The notes under the pieces are model-generated. The model searched no databases, had not been told where the DNA came from, and was given only the letters and a program-made list of their open reading frames with translations. A stretch of 20,136 bases of DNA from Elusimicrobiota bacterium (GTDB lineage Bacteria; Elusimicrobiota; Elusimicrobia; UBA1565), in assembly GCA_043827405.1 (NCBI GenBank), contig JBDRPD010000047.1, positions 1 to 20,136 of the forward strand, read 5' to 3'. Made by a program: the position numbers and the translations under genes. Every line of letters starts with the position of its first letter. Within the stretch, counting starts at the first letter, position 1. Positions 9,751 through 18,850 of the stretch are shown here, piece after piece.

Positions 9751-10876
9751 ATTTCGCGAGACGTCGGAAGCGGTGGCGGCGGTGCGCGCCAAGCTCGACA
9801 AGATCGGGAAGGTCCTCGATATTCCCGGCAAGCGCGAGGATATCGCGGGGCGCGAGGAGGAGGCCTCCGACGCCGGCTTTTGGGTGGATTCCGGCCAGGC
9901 CAAGAAGAAGTCCAAGGAGCTTAACGATCTCAAGAAGATCGTCGAGCAGTACGAGCGAACGCGGGCCGGCGTCGAGGATGTGCAGGCGCATCTGGAGCTG
10001 GCCGAAGAGGCGGGGGACAAGGGGGAGCTCGTCGAGGTTCGCAGCGAGCTTGAGCAGGTCGCACGCGCGGGCACTGATCTCGACATGCGGCTCAAGCTGT
10101 CGGGCGATTTCGACAAGTCCGACGCCGTATTCACGCTCAACGCCGGCGCCGGCGGTACCGAGGCCTGCGACTGGGCCGACATACTGCTGCGCATGTATAC
10201 CCGGTGGGCTGAGAGCTGCGGTTTTGATTTTTCGGTCACCGACATCCACAAGGGCGAGGAGGCGGGCATTAAGAGCGTTTCGGCTTTTGTCCGCGGACCC
10301 TATGCCTACGGCTATCTCAAAAGCGAGGTGGGAGTCCACCGCCTGGTGCGCATCTCGCCGTTTGACGCCAATAAGCGCCGCCACACCTCCTTCGCCTCCT
10401 GTGATGTGGTCCCCGAGATCGAGGACGAGATCGAGATCGAGGTCAGCGATTCCGACCTGGAGATCACCACTTCCCGCGCCGGCGGCAAGGGCGGGCAGAA
10501 TGTCAATAAAGTCGAGACGGCGGTCCGCATCCGCCATATCCCTACCGGCATCGTAGTCGGGTGCCGCGCCGAGCGCTCGCAGCTGCAGAACAAGCAGAAC
10601 GCGCTGCGCATGCTCAAGGCCAAGCTCTACCAGCTCGAGCTCGACAAGAAGCGCTCAGCCCTGGAGAAGCATTACGACGAGAAGGGGGATATCGGCTGGG
10701 GGCATCAGATCCGCTCCTATGTTTTCATGCCCTACCAGATGGTCAAGGACCTGCGCAGCGGTCACAGCACGTCGCAGATCGACAAGGTCATGGACGGCGA
10801 GCTGACCCCGTTCATGCATGAGTACCTGGGCTGGGTGGCGGCGGGAAAACCCGACCGGAAAGCCGCCGCCGAGTAA
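9737..10876 (+). CDS. prfB: Peptide chain release factor 2 (continuous ORF, no frameshift)
   Basis: [22 protein letters not shown] (SPF), GGQ motif, WGHQIRSY. Start moved to GTG 9737 (GGAGG at 9725-9729, 7-nt spacer), giving 379 aa. Confidence 0.97.
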   Translation: MTEPEFRETSEAVAAVRAKLDKIGKVLDIPGKREDIAGREEEASDAGFWVDSGQAKKKSKELNDLKKIVEQYERTRAGVEDVQAHLELAEEAGDKGELVEVRSELEQVARAGTDLDMRLKLSGDFDKSDAVFTLNAGAGGTEACDWADILLRMYTRWAESCGFDFSVTDIHKGEEAGIKSVSAFVRGPYAYGYLKSEVGVHRLVRISPFDANKRRHTSFASCDVVPEIEDEIEIEVSDSDLEITTSRAGGKGGQNVNKVETAVRIRHIPTGIVVGCRAERSQLQNKQNALRMLKAKLYQLELDKKRSALEKHYDEKGDIGWGHQIRSYVFMPYQMVKDLRSGHSTSQIDKVMDGELTPFMHEYLGWVAAGKPDRKAAAE

Positions 10877-10907
10877 TTCAGTTAAGGTGCCAGGCAGGTT
10901 AACTGAA
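10877..10907. repeat. Near-perfect palindrome between convergent genes
   Basis: TTCAGTTAA-GG-TGCC-A-GGCA-GG-TTAACTGAA; 9-bp perfect outer arms; no U-tract. Confidence 0.6.
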
Positions 10908-10909
10908 GC

Positions 10910-12244
10910 CTAGCGATCCAGTGCTTCTTCCAACGACATCCCGTGCTTTTCGCGCGGGAGCAGGTAGAAGGTCTGCTTGACGTAGCCTTCCCCGTCGGCC
11001 ATAATCGGGCGGATCTTGACCGAGAACTGCTTGAGCTTTTTCCCGATCTCCTTGCGCTCTCCCTCGCTGAGGGATTGGAAGTCATGGGCGCTGCCCGGCA
11101 GGAACCTGGCTTCGTAGTCATCATGCTGCAGCACCAGCTTGTAGCCGGCCGAGCTCGGCGGGACGGTCTTGCGGAATTCGCCGTCCTCTCCGGTTTCGGT
11201 CGGATAGCGCTGGCTGGTGGCGATATCGAAGATCGCGACTTGTACGCCGGCGGCGGGGGCCAGCGTCACCATATTGAACACCTTGGCGCGGAAGCGCCAC
11301 TTATCGTGCGCCGGGGCCGCGGGAGCGGCGCCGAGCCGTTCGCCCTCCGGGATGACGGCCGGCGCGGCGCGGCGCGATTTCCGCTGCGGCTTTTTCTTCG
11401 GGGCTTCGATCGGCGGCGCGTCGCCGTCTTCGATTTCGGGAGGGGGTTCGCCATCGCCGAAGCTGATCGAGGCTTTGCCCATCTCCTTGAGCTTGGCGGC
11501 CTCATCTTCGGGGCTGACGGGCTTCGTATCGCCTGCGGTTTCGTTCGCGTCTTCCATGGTCGGGTCCGGAAGTTCCCTGACCGGCGCCGCCACTTCTTCT
11601 ACCCTCGGCGCTTCCGCCGGCGCTTTTTTCATCGTGACGCGCGAGATAATGAAGCCGCCGACAAAGACCGCGGCGATGATCACGTACATGATCGGGTTGC
11701 CCTTTTTTTCATGCAGCGGACGGGGGCTGAAAGAATCCAGCGCTTCGCCCCGCATATGCGGCGGCAGGGCGGAGTCGTCGAAGCCGCCGGGCGGGGCTCC
11801 GATTTCGGCGCGCATATGCGCCGGCAAGTCGTCGAGGCTGTCGCCCTTGGGCGGGGCTTCGATTTCGGCGCGCATGTGCGGCGGCAGGTCGTCGAGGCTG
11901 TCGCCTTTGGGCGGCGCCTCAAGCTCCGCCCGCATATGCGGCGGCAGATCGTTGAGATCTCCCTTGGGCGGCGGAGCCTTGGGCGCGGGCTTCTTCGCGC
12001 GCGGATCGTCCTTGGCGGCCGGCGTGGGCGGCGTCTTGGCCGCGGGCTTGGGTGGAGCCTTGGCCGGCGGGTTATCCGCCGGTTTCGCTGCGGGCGTCTC
12101 GGTGGGGTTGATCTTCGAGCCGTCCATCGCCCCCACGCGGCGGCCCGTGCCTTGGACGGCGATCGTGAAATCCCGTTTGCAATGGGGGCAGATATCGAGA
12201 GACTCTTCGATCTCTTTCCCGCAGCCTGGGCAACGCGTCATCAT
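10910..12244 (-). CDS. Single-pass membrane protein: zinc ribbon, Pro/Ala/Lys linker, 20-aa repeats, TM helix, C-terminal beta-rich (carboxypeptidase-regulatory-like) domain
   Basis: CPGC-x10-CPHC; four LP[PA]HMR[AG]E repeats; KKGN then IMYVIIAAVFVGGFII; C-terminal FRAKVFN...AGVQVAI...TGEDGEF...YKLVLQHDDYE pattern. The domain call is by eye. Confidence 0.8.
   Translation of the reverse strand: MMTRCPGCGKEIEESLDICPHCKRDFTIAVQGTGRRVGAMDGSKINPTETPAAKPADNPPAKAPPKPAAKTPPTPAAKDDPRAKKPAPKAPPPKGDLNDLPPHMRAELEAPPKGDSLDDLPPHMRAEIEAPPKGDSLDDLPAHMRAEIGAPPGGFDDSALPPHMRGEALDSFSPRPLHEKKGNPIMYVIIAAVFVGGFIISRVTMKKAPAEAPRVEEVAAPVRELPDPTMEDANETAGDTKPVSPEDEAAKLKEMGKASISFGDGEPPPEIEDGDAPPIEAPKKKPQRKSRRAAPAVIPEGERLGAAPAAPAHDKWRFRAKVFNMVTLAPAAGVQVAIFDIATSQRYPTETGEDGEFRKTVPPSSAGYKLVLQHDDYEARFLPGSAHDFQSLSEGERKEIGKKLKQFSVKIRPIMADGEGYVKQTFYLLPREKHGMSLEEALDR
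11741..11971 (-). repeat. Four intragenic tandem repeats of about 60 bp (20 aa)
   Basis: PPKGDLNDLPPHMRAELEA / PPKGDSLDDLPPHMRAEIEA / PPKGDSLDDLPAHMRAEIGA / PPGGFDDSALPPHMRGEA; cgcatrtgcg recurs at 11751, 11811, 11871 and 11931. Confidence 0.95.
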
Positions 12245-12280
12245 AGCTATTTAATTTTCTAACACCGAAACACCGGCAAG

Positions 12281-14335
12281 TCAAGGGACTTCCAGCAAAT
12301 CTCTGTACATTTTAGTTTTTTCTGCAAGCTGCTTCGCGTCCAGGCCGGAGTTTTCCGCCAGCGTCAGCGACTTTAGGGCCAGGTCGTGCTTTCCCGCCCG
12401 GCGGGCGGATTTGGCCAGCTCCAGCCATATCGGCGCATGCGCCGGTTGGGGTTCGTCGCGAAAAGGCTTAAGCGCCCGCCAGGCCCGCGCCGGCCGTTCG
12501 TAGATCAAGTATAGGGAGCTGATGCGCCGCGCGTTTTCCGGCGATGGCGCATGCGCGGCTTGCGCGATGGCCAGCGCCCGCAGCGCGGCCCACCGCATTC
12601 CGCGCCGCTGTGCCGACTCGGCCGCTCGCACCCAGAATCCGGCACGCGGCATCCGCCGCCGGTCCGCCGGGGGGGTGAAATATTCCCCAGCGCCGGGCAG
12701 TCCGTTTGCGGCCGCCGCATCCTTGATGCGGTACAGTCCCAGAGTTCGCCGCGCTCCCTGAATTTTGTCCCAGCTCAGGCTCACGTCGGTCACGGCGGTC
12801 TCGACGACGGGCGTCAGCGTGCGGTCGTCCCGCATCCAGCGGCATAGGGGGTTGACATAGTCGGCCGGTCCCTCCGGCCGCGCGGCCGCTTGCTTCCAGC
12901 TCAGGGTAACGCAGGGCAGGCCGGCGTAGAAGAATACGTTCCCGCCCTGGAAGCGTCCGGCGGCCTCCCGGTAGCGCTGAATGCCGGAGGCGGCCAGGCT
13001 TTTCCCGCGCCGCCGCGCACTCATTTCGAGGAGGTCGCGCTGGTAGACGCGGTTCTGCAGCAGGTCCGGTTCGTCGTCCTGCGCCAGGTAGACAACGACG
13101 GCTTTGTCCGGGAGCTCGGCGGCGATGCGCTCAAGGAAGCGGTGCTCCTGCTGTGTGGTATAGAGGGTGGTGAGGAAATCCCATCGCAGCAGCGGGGCGC
13201 AGGACAGCAGCGCGGCGAGCAGCGCGTAAGGCGCCGCGGGATGCAGCGTTCGCGCCTTCCCGGCGGCGAAGTCGAAGCCGTATGCCGCGAAAATGATGAG
13301 TAGAAACTGGCTCGCCAGCGACGTGCGCAGGACGAGCGAGACGCAGGTCAGATGCGGGGCATAGCAGTACGCGGTCAGCGCCCATGCGGCGCCGAGCCAT
13401 AGGGCCAGCTTCTTGTTTCGCGGGAACAGGCGGATGACTCCGACCGGAAGCAGCAGCAGGTAGGGCAGCGGAGTGTAGCGCAGGCTGAAGAAGGCGTGCA
13501 GCCCCTGCGCCCGCAGGTTCTCCCATTCGGGCGGCACGCCGGTCTGCGCGATGCGGGGATCGGAGAGCGCGAGGAGTTCTGTCGCTCGCGCGGCGAGCAG
13601 GGCGGCCGCGGCGAGGACCGGCAGCCAAAAAGCGGGCCGCGCATAGAAGCCTCGCGGCTGCTTCTCGCCGCATAGAAGGATGTAGGATGCCGGCAGCAGC
13701 GGCGCCAGCAGCAGCATCTCGGCGCGCAGCCAGGCCGCCAGGACGCAGGCGGCGAGAGCGAGCATAAGGTGCCGGGGATCGCGCGACCGCATATAGACGG
13801 CGGTCAGCAGGAGCGTCAGCAGCAATAGGGCTTCCAGCGGGATGAACATCGACTCGGTTGCGGCCAGGCGCGTATGGACGGGCAGATACAGCAGCATGGC
13901 CGCCGCCGTCAGGGCCGGCGGGTCTCTCCCGGGAAGCAGGCGCACGAAGAGAAAGAGCAGCAGGATGCCGGCGAGCGAGACGAGATAGTTTAGAGAAAAG
14001 ACGGAGATTCGTCCGCCGGTGAGCCGCCGCATGAGGCGCATGATGTTGGAATAGGTCGGCCCGTGCAGATCGTCCAGCCCGCCGGTGTATAGTTCGGAGT
14101 CGATGCCGCGGACGATGCTGACGGCATGCTGTTCATGCCATAAGGCTTGCGGGACCCGCGGTTTGAGCAGAACGGCATGGAGTCCCCCCAGGAGCAGGAG
14201 CACAAGCAGTTCGGTGCGGGCGATTCTTGGCAGGGATTTTACCAGCGTCCGGCGCCACAGCAGCAGGCCGCCGCCGAGGAAGGCGAGGAGGCCGAAATCC
14301 AGCCAGACGAGGGCGATGTGCGGTCCGTTCATCAT
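12281..14335 (-). CDS. Polytopic membrane protein, GT-C (ArnT/PMT-like) glycosyltransferase with a C-terminal helical TPR-like region
   Basis: About 11-12 hydrophobic segments; HGPTY resembles the HPPLY loop; WLRAE; Ala-rich helical tail. Start set at ATG 14335 because the ORF-track start at 14398 overlaps the divergent promoter. Confidence 0.65.
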   Translation of the reverse strand: MMNGPHIALVWLDFGLLAFLGGGLLLWRRTLVKSLPRIARTELLVLLLLGGLHAVLLKPRVPQALWHEQHAVSIVRGIDSELYTGGLDDLHGPTYSNIMRLMRRLTGGRISVFSLNYLVSLAGILLLFLFVRLLPGRDPPALTAAAMLLYLPVHTRLAATESMFIPLEALLLLTLLLTAVYMRSRDPRHLMLALAACVLAAWLRAEMLLLAPLLPASYILLCGEKQPRGFYARPAFWLPVLAAAALLAARATELLALSDPRIAQTGVPPEWENLRAQGLHAFFSLRYTPLPYLLLLPVGVIRLFPRNKKLALWLGAAWALTAYCYAPHLTCVSLVLRTSLASQFLLIIFAAYGFDFAAGKARTLHPAAPYALLAALLSCAPLLRWDFLTTLYTTQQEHRFLERIAAELPDKAVVVYLAQDDEPDLLQNRVYQRDLLEMSARRRGKSLAASGIQRYREAAGRFQGGNVFFYAGLPCVTLSWKQAAARPEGPADYVNPLCRWMRDDRTLTPVVETAVTDVSLSWDKIQGARRTLGLYRIKDAAAANGLPGAGEYFTPPADRRRMPRAGFWVRAAESAQRRGMRWAALRALAIAQAAHAPSPENARRISSLYLIYERPARAWRALKPFRDEPQPAHAPIWLELAKSARRAGKHDLALKSLTLAENSGLDAKQLAEKTKMYRDLLEVP

Positions 14336-14397
14336 GTGGTCTAGTAGTTTGGTGTTTCTTCCCGCAAGCGTCAAGAGGAGGCCTCCGGCCGGCGCCA

Positions 14398-14426
14398 TTG
14401 ACGCCGCCCGGAGGCTCTGGTAGACT
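14398..14426 (+). promoter_or_regulatory. Sigma70-type promoter
   Basis: TTGACG (14398-14403), 17-nt spacer ending TGG, TAGACT (14421-14426); SD AAGGAGG at 14434-14440; ATG at 14446. Confidence 0.8.
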
Positions 14427-14445
14427 TCAAAAGAAGGAGGAGCCT

Positions 14446-15114
14446 ATGACCAGGTTGGCGATGATCGCCGTTTTTTTCGCGTCGGTATGGACGCTTCCCG
14501 GTACGGTTTTCGGGGAGGGGAAAGAGGAGGGGCGTGAGGGGCAGAAAAAGCAGCCTGAAATACTCTCCGAGAAGTACCTCGAGAGGCTTGATAAACAGCT
14601 GCGGCTTGAGGATGAGCAGAAAAAGAAGATTCAAGCCATCCTGAAGGAGGCGACCCCCGGTCTCAAGACGAACTGGCAGGAGGCGCAAAAGCTTCAGCAG
14701 AGGATGAAGGACCTTCGGGAAAAGATGCAAAAGCTGATGCGCGACACGCAGGAAAAAATACGCACCCAGCTCGACGCGGAGCAGAAGGACAAGTACGACG
14801 AGCTGCGCGTGCGCATGCGCCAGCGCATGCAGGGCCGCCGCGGGGAGCAGGCGCCGGGCCAGCAGGGCGGCCGTCGGGGCGGTCCGGGCATGGCGCCGGG
14901 CGGCGAGCGCAACCCCAGCGAGTTCCCGCCCGAGCACTGGGAGCAGCGCCCGATGCCGGAGCGCGATCAGCTGCCGCCGGAGCTGATCGAGCGTATTAAG
15001 CAGCGGCGGCAGCGGCGCCAGCGCATGCAGCCGGGCAGCCAGCGCGATGTCCCCGAGTCGGGGGAATGGGATGACCGCAATCGCGGTCTCTTCAACGATC
15101 CTCCGACCCCTTAG
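14446..15114 (+). CDS. Exported Spy/CpxP-like (LTxxQ-type) helical protein with low-complexity C-terminal tail
   Basis: Signal-peptide-like MTRLAMIAVFFASVWTLPGTVFG; two LTxxQ-like motifs (LEDEQKKKI, LDAEQKDKY) flanking a coiled coil; strong SD; 222 aa. Confidence 0.7.
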   Translation: MTRLAMIAVFFASVWTLPGTVFGEGKEEGREGQKKQPEILSEKYLERLDKQLRLEDEQKKKIQAILKEATPGLKTNWQEAQKLQQRMKDLREKMQKLMRDTQEKIRTQLDAEQKDKYDELRVRMRQRMQGRRGEQAPGQQGGRRGGPGMAPGGERNPSEFPPEHWEQRPMPERDQLPPELIERIKQRRQRRQRMQPGSQRDVPESGEWDDRNRGLFNDPPTP

Positions 15115-15147
15115 CGGCGCGACGACGAAGATTAGGTTCGGCGCCGG

Positions 15148-15194
15148 AAAACAATACGCCCCCCCGGGATTTTCCCGGGGGGGCGTATGTTGTT
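15148..15194. terminator. Bidirectional intrinsic terminator
   Basis: 16-bp perfect stem ATACGCCCCCCCGGGA (15154-15169), TTT loop, TCCCGGGGGGGCGTAT (15173-15188); followed by TGTTTT on minus and GTTGTT on plus; between convergent genes. Confidence 0.85.
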
Positions 15195-15205
15195 AAGCCT
15201 TTCCT

Positions 15206-17209
<2,004 letters not shown>

Positions 17210-17231
17210 GGTTATATTCTCTCTCCGGTGG

Positions 17232-17915
17232 TTAGAATTTCTCCGCGGGGTTGACCGGAACGCCTGGCCCCATCGTCGACGACAGGGTGACGCTCCGGAC
17301 ATATGTCCCCTTGGAAGAGGACGGCTTCATTTTTACGATCGTCTGCATTACGGCGCGGACATTGTCCACGATCTTCTTCGGTTCGAACGATTTTTTGGCG
17401 ACCGCGAGATGGATGATCCCGTAGTCGTCGTTCTTGAACTCGACGCGGCCCGCTTTGAGCTCGGTGACGGCCTTCGCGATGTCGAAGGTCACGGTGCCGC
17501 TCTTCGGGTTGGGCATGAGCCCGCGCGGTCCGAGGACCCGGCCGAGCCGTGCGATGTCCTTCATGACGTCCGGGGACGCCACGAGAACGTCGAAGTCGAA
17601 CTTCCCTTTGTTGATATTCGCGATGATGTCGGCGCTGTCGAAGAGGTCGGCGCCCGCCTTCTCGGCGTCCGCGATCTTTTCACCCTTGGTGATAACGGCG
17701 ACCCGGCGGCTCTTGCCGGTTCCGTGGGGGAGCGCGACGGTTCCGCGGATCTGCTGATCGGACTGCTTGGCGTCGATGCCGAGCCGGATGTGCAGCTCAA
17801 TCGACTCATCGAATTTCGCGGTGGCTGTTTTCTTAACGGTTTCCGCCGCCTCGTCGAGGGTGTGGAGCTTGTTGCGATCGACCGTCTCAAGTACTGCTTT
17901 ATGTCTCTTTCCCAT
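17232..17915 (-). CDS. rplA: 50S ribosomal protein L1
   Basis: AKFDESIE, RGTVALPHGTG, LGPRGLMPNPKSGTVT, SSTMGPG; SD AGGAG. Confidence 0.99.
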   Translation of the reverse strand: MGKRHKAVLETVDRNKLHTLDEAAETVKKTATAKFDESIELHIRLGIDAKQSDQQIRGTVALPHGTGKSRRVAVITKGEKIADAEKAGADLFDSADIIANINKGKFDFDVLVASPDVMKDIARLGRVLGPRGLMPNPKSGTVTFDIAKAVTELKAGRVEFKNDDYGIIHLAVAKKSFEPKKIVDNVRAVMQTIVKMKPSSSKGTYVRSVTLSSTMGPGVPVNPAEKF

Positions 17916-17928
17916 CTTATTCTCCTGT

Positions 17929-17964
17929 GACCTGCAAACGCCCCCGCTGTGCGGGAGCTCGGTC
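17929..17964 (-). promoter_or_regulatory. Putative L1-binding-like structured RNA element upstream of rplA
   Basis: RNA GACC-GA-GCUCCCG-CACAG-CGGGGGC-GUUUGCA-GGUC immediately before ACAGGAG; near-duplicate upstream of rplK. Confidence 0.65.
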
Positions 17965-18006
17965 TTGCGTGCGTCTAATGATTAGGACCGAGCTTGGACG
18001 GAGTCC

Positions 18007-18438
18007 TTACTCGTCGACTTCGATGCCCATCGAGCGGGCGGTGCCCCGCACCATCTGGAGCGCGTTTTCGAGGTCGTCCGTGTTGAGGTCCGGCATCTTC
18101 TTGCGGGCGACTTCTTCGGCCTGCGCCCGGGTGATCTTCCCAACCTTGTTCTTGTTGGGTTCGCCCGAGGCTTTGGCCAGCCCCGCGGCCTTTTTGATCA
18201 GGGCCGACATGGGGGGCATCTTGGTGATGAACGTGAACGAACGGTCTTCGAACACGGAGATGACGACCGGGATCTTCATCCCGCTCTCCATCTTCTTGGT
18301 GCGCTCGTTGAACTGCTTGCAGAAGTCCATGATGTTGACGCCGTGCTGGCCCAGCGCGGGACCGACCGGCGGAGCGGGGTTCGCGGCACCCGCGGGGATC
18401 TGCAGCTTGATGAACGTCTTGACCTTCTTGCCTGCCAT
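18007..18438 (-). CDS. rplK: 50S ribosomal protein L11
   Basis: [53 protein letters not shown]. Confidence 0.99.
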   Translation of the reverse strand: MAGKKVKTFIKLQIPAGAANPAPPVGPALGQHGVNIMDFCKQFNERTKKMESGMKIPVVISVFEDRSFTFITKMPPMSALIKKAAGLAKASGEPNKNKVGKITRAQAEEVARKKMPDLNTDDLENALQMVRGTARSMGIEVDE

Positions 18439-18455
18439 CTTGTACGTCCTCCTTT

Positions 18456-18494
18456 AGACCTTCAAGCGCCCCCGTCAGCGCGGGAGCTCGGTCT
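18456..18494 (-). promoter_or_regulatory. Putative L1-binding-like structured RNA element upstream of rplK
   Basis: RNA AGACC-GA-GCUCCCG-CGCUGA-CGGGGGC-GCUUGAA-GGUCU immediately before AAAGGAGG. Confidence 0.65.
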
Positions 18495-18503
18495 TGTATT
18501 CGT

Positions 18504-18848
18504 CTATTCCCGCATCCACCCCCGGACCCAGCGCATGGCGAATCCGATGAAGGTGAACATGAGTAAAATTTTCCAAAACGGCACCGTCGCCGAGCCGAAG
18601 ACCCAGCGGGTAAACTCGGCCGAAAATATCATGGGCCACAGCAGCGCCGCCGCCGCCGACAGGAGCAGTATCTTGCCGAACAGGAGCGCCGCGATGACGA
18701 GGGCGGCCGCCAGCACCGTCAGCCCGGCGATGGCTTTCCCCAGCGCTCCCGGGGTGACGGCATGGTGCGCGAAAAACGCCGCCCGCTCGCGCTCATCCTC
18801 CGAGCGCCCGGTGGTCGATGTCACAACCTCGACGTCTTTTTCGTCCAT
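18504..18848 (-). CDS. Small hypothetical membrane protein (2-3 TM)
   Basis: 114-aa ORF filling the nusG-rplK gap; ATG 2 nt after the nusG stop; charged N-terminus followed by long hydrophobic stretches. Confidence 0.75.
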   Translation of the reverse strand: MDEKDVEVVTSTTGRSEDERERAAFFAHHAVTPGALGKAIAGLTVLAAALVIAALLFGKILLLSAAAALLWPMIFSAEFTRWVFGSATVPFWKILLMFTFIGFAMRWVRGWMRE

Positions 18849-18850
18849 GC

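Noticed and set aside
11741..11971. 60-bp periodicity considered as a CRISPR array
   Set aside because: No unique spacers; the repeats are in-frame coding with synonymous variation; no cas genes nearby.
10943..12262. Two long plus-strand ORFs (439 and 345 aa) opposite the zinc-ribbon gene
   Set aside because: The minus-strand protein has a coherent architecture; these are shadows of Pro/Ala-rich GC-rich DNA.
12256..12284. Possible internal promoter TTGACT-17 nt-TAGAAA on minus before the zinc-ribbon gene
   Set aside because: The -10 box lacks the conserved final T and the -35 overlaps the upstream stop codon; too weak to call.
17210..17302. ORF-track extended start of hppA (similarly nusG at 19639 and the Spy-like gene at 14227)
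   Set aside because: These extensions overlap neighbouring genes or promoters; downstream ATGs fit the expected protein boundaries.
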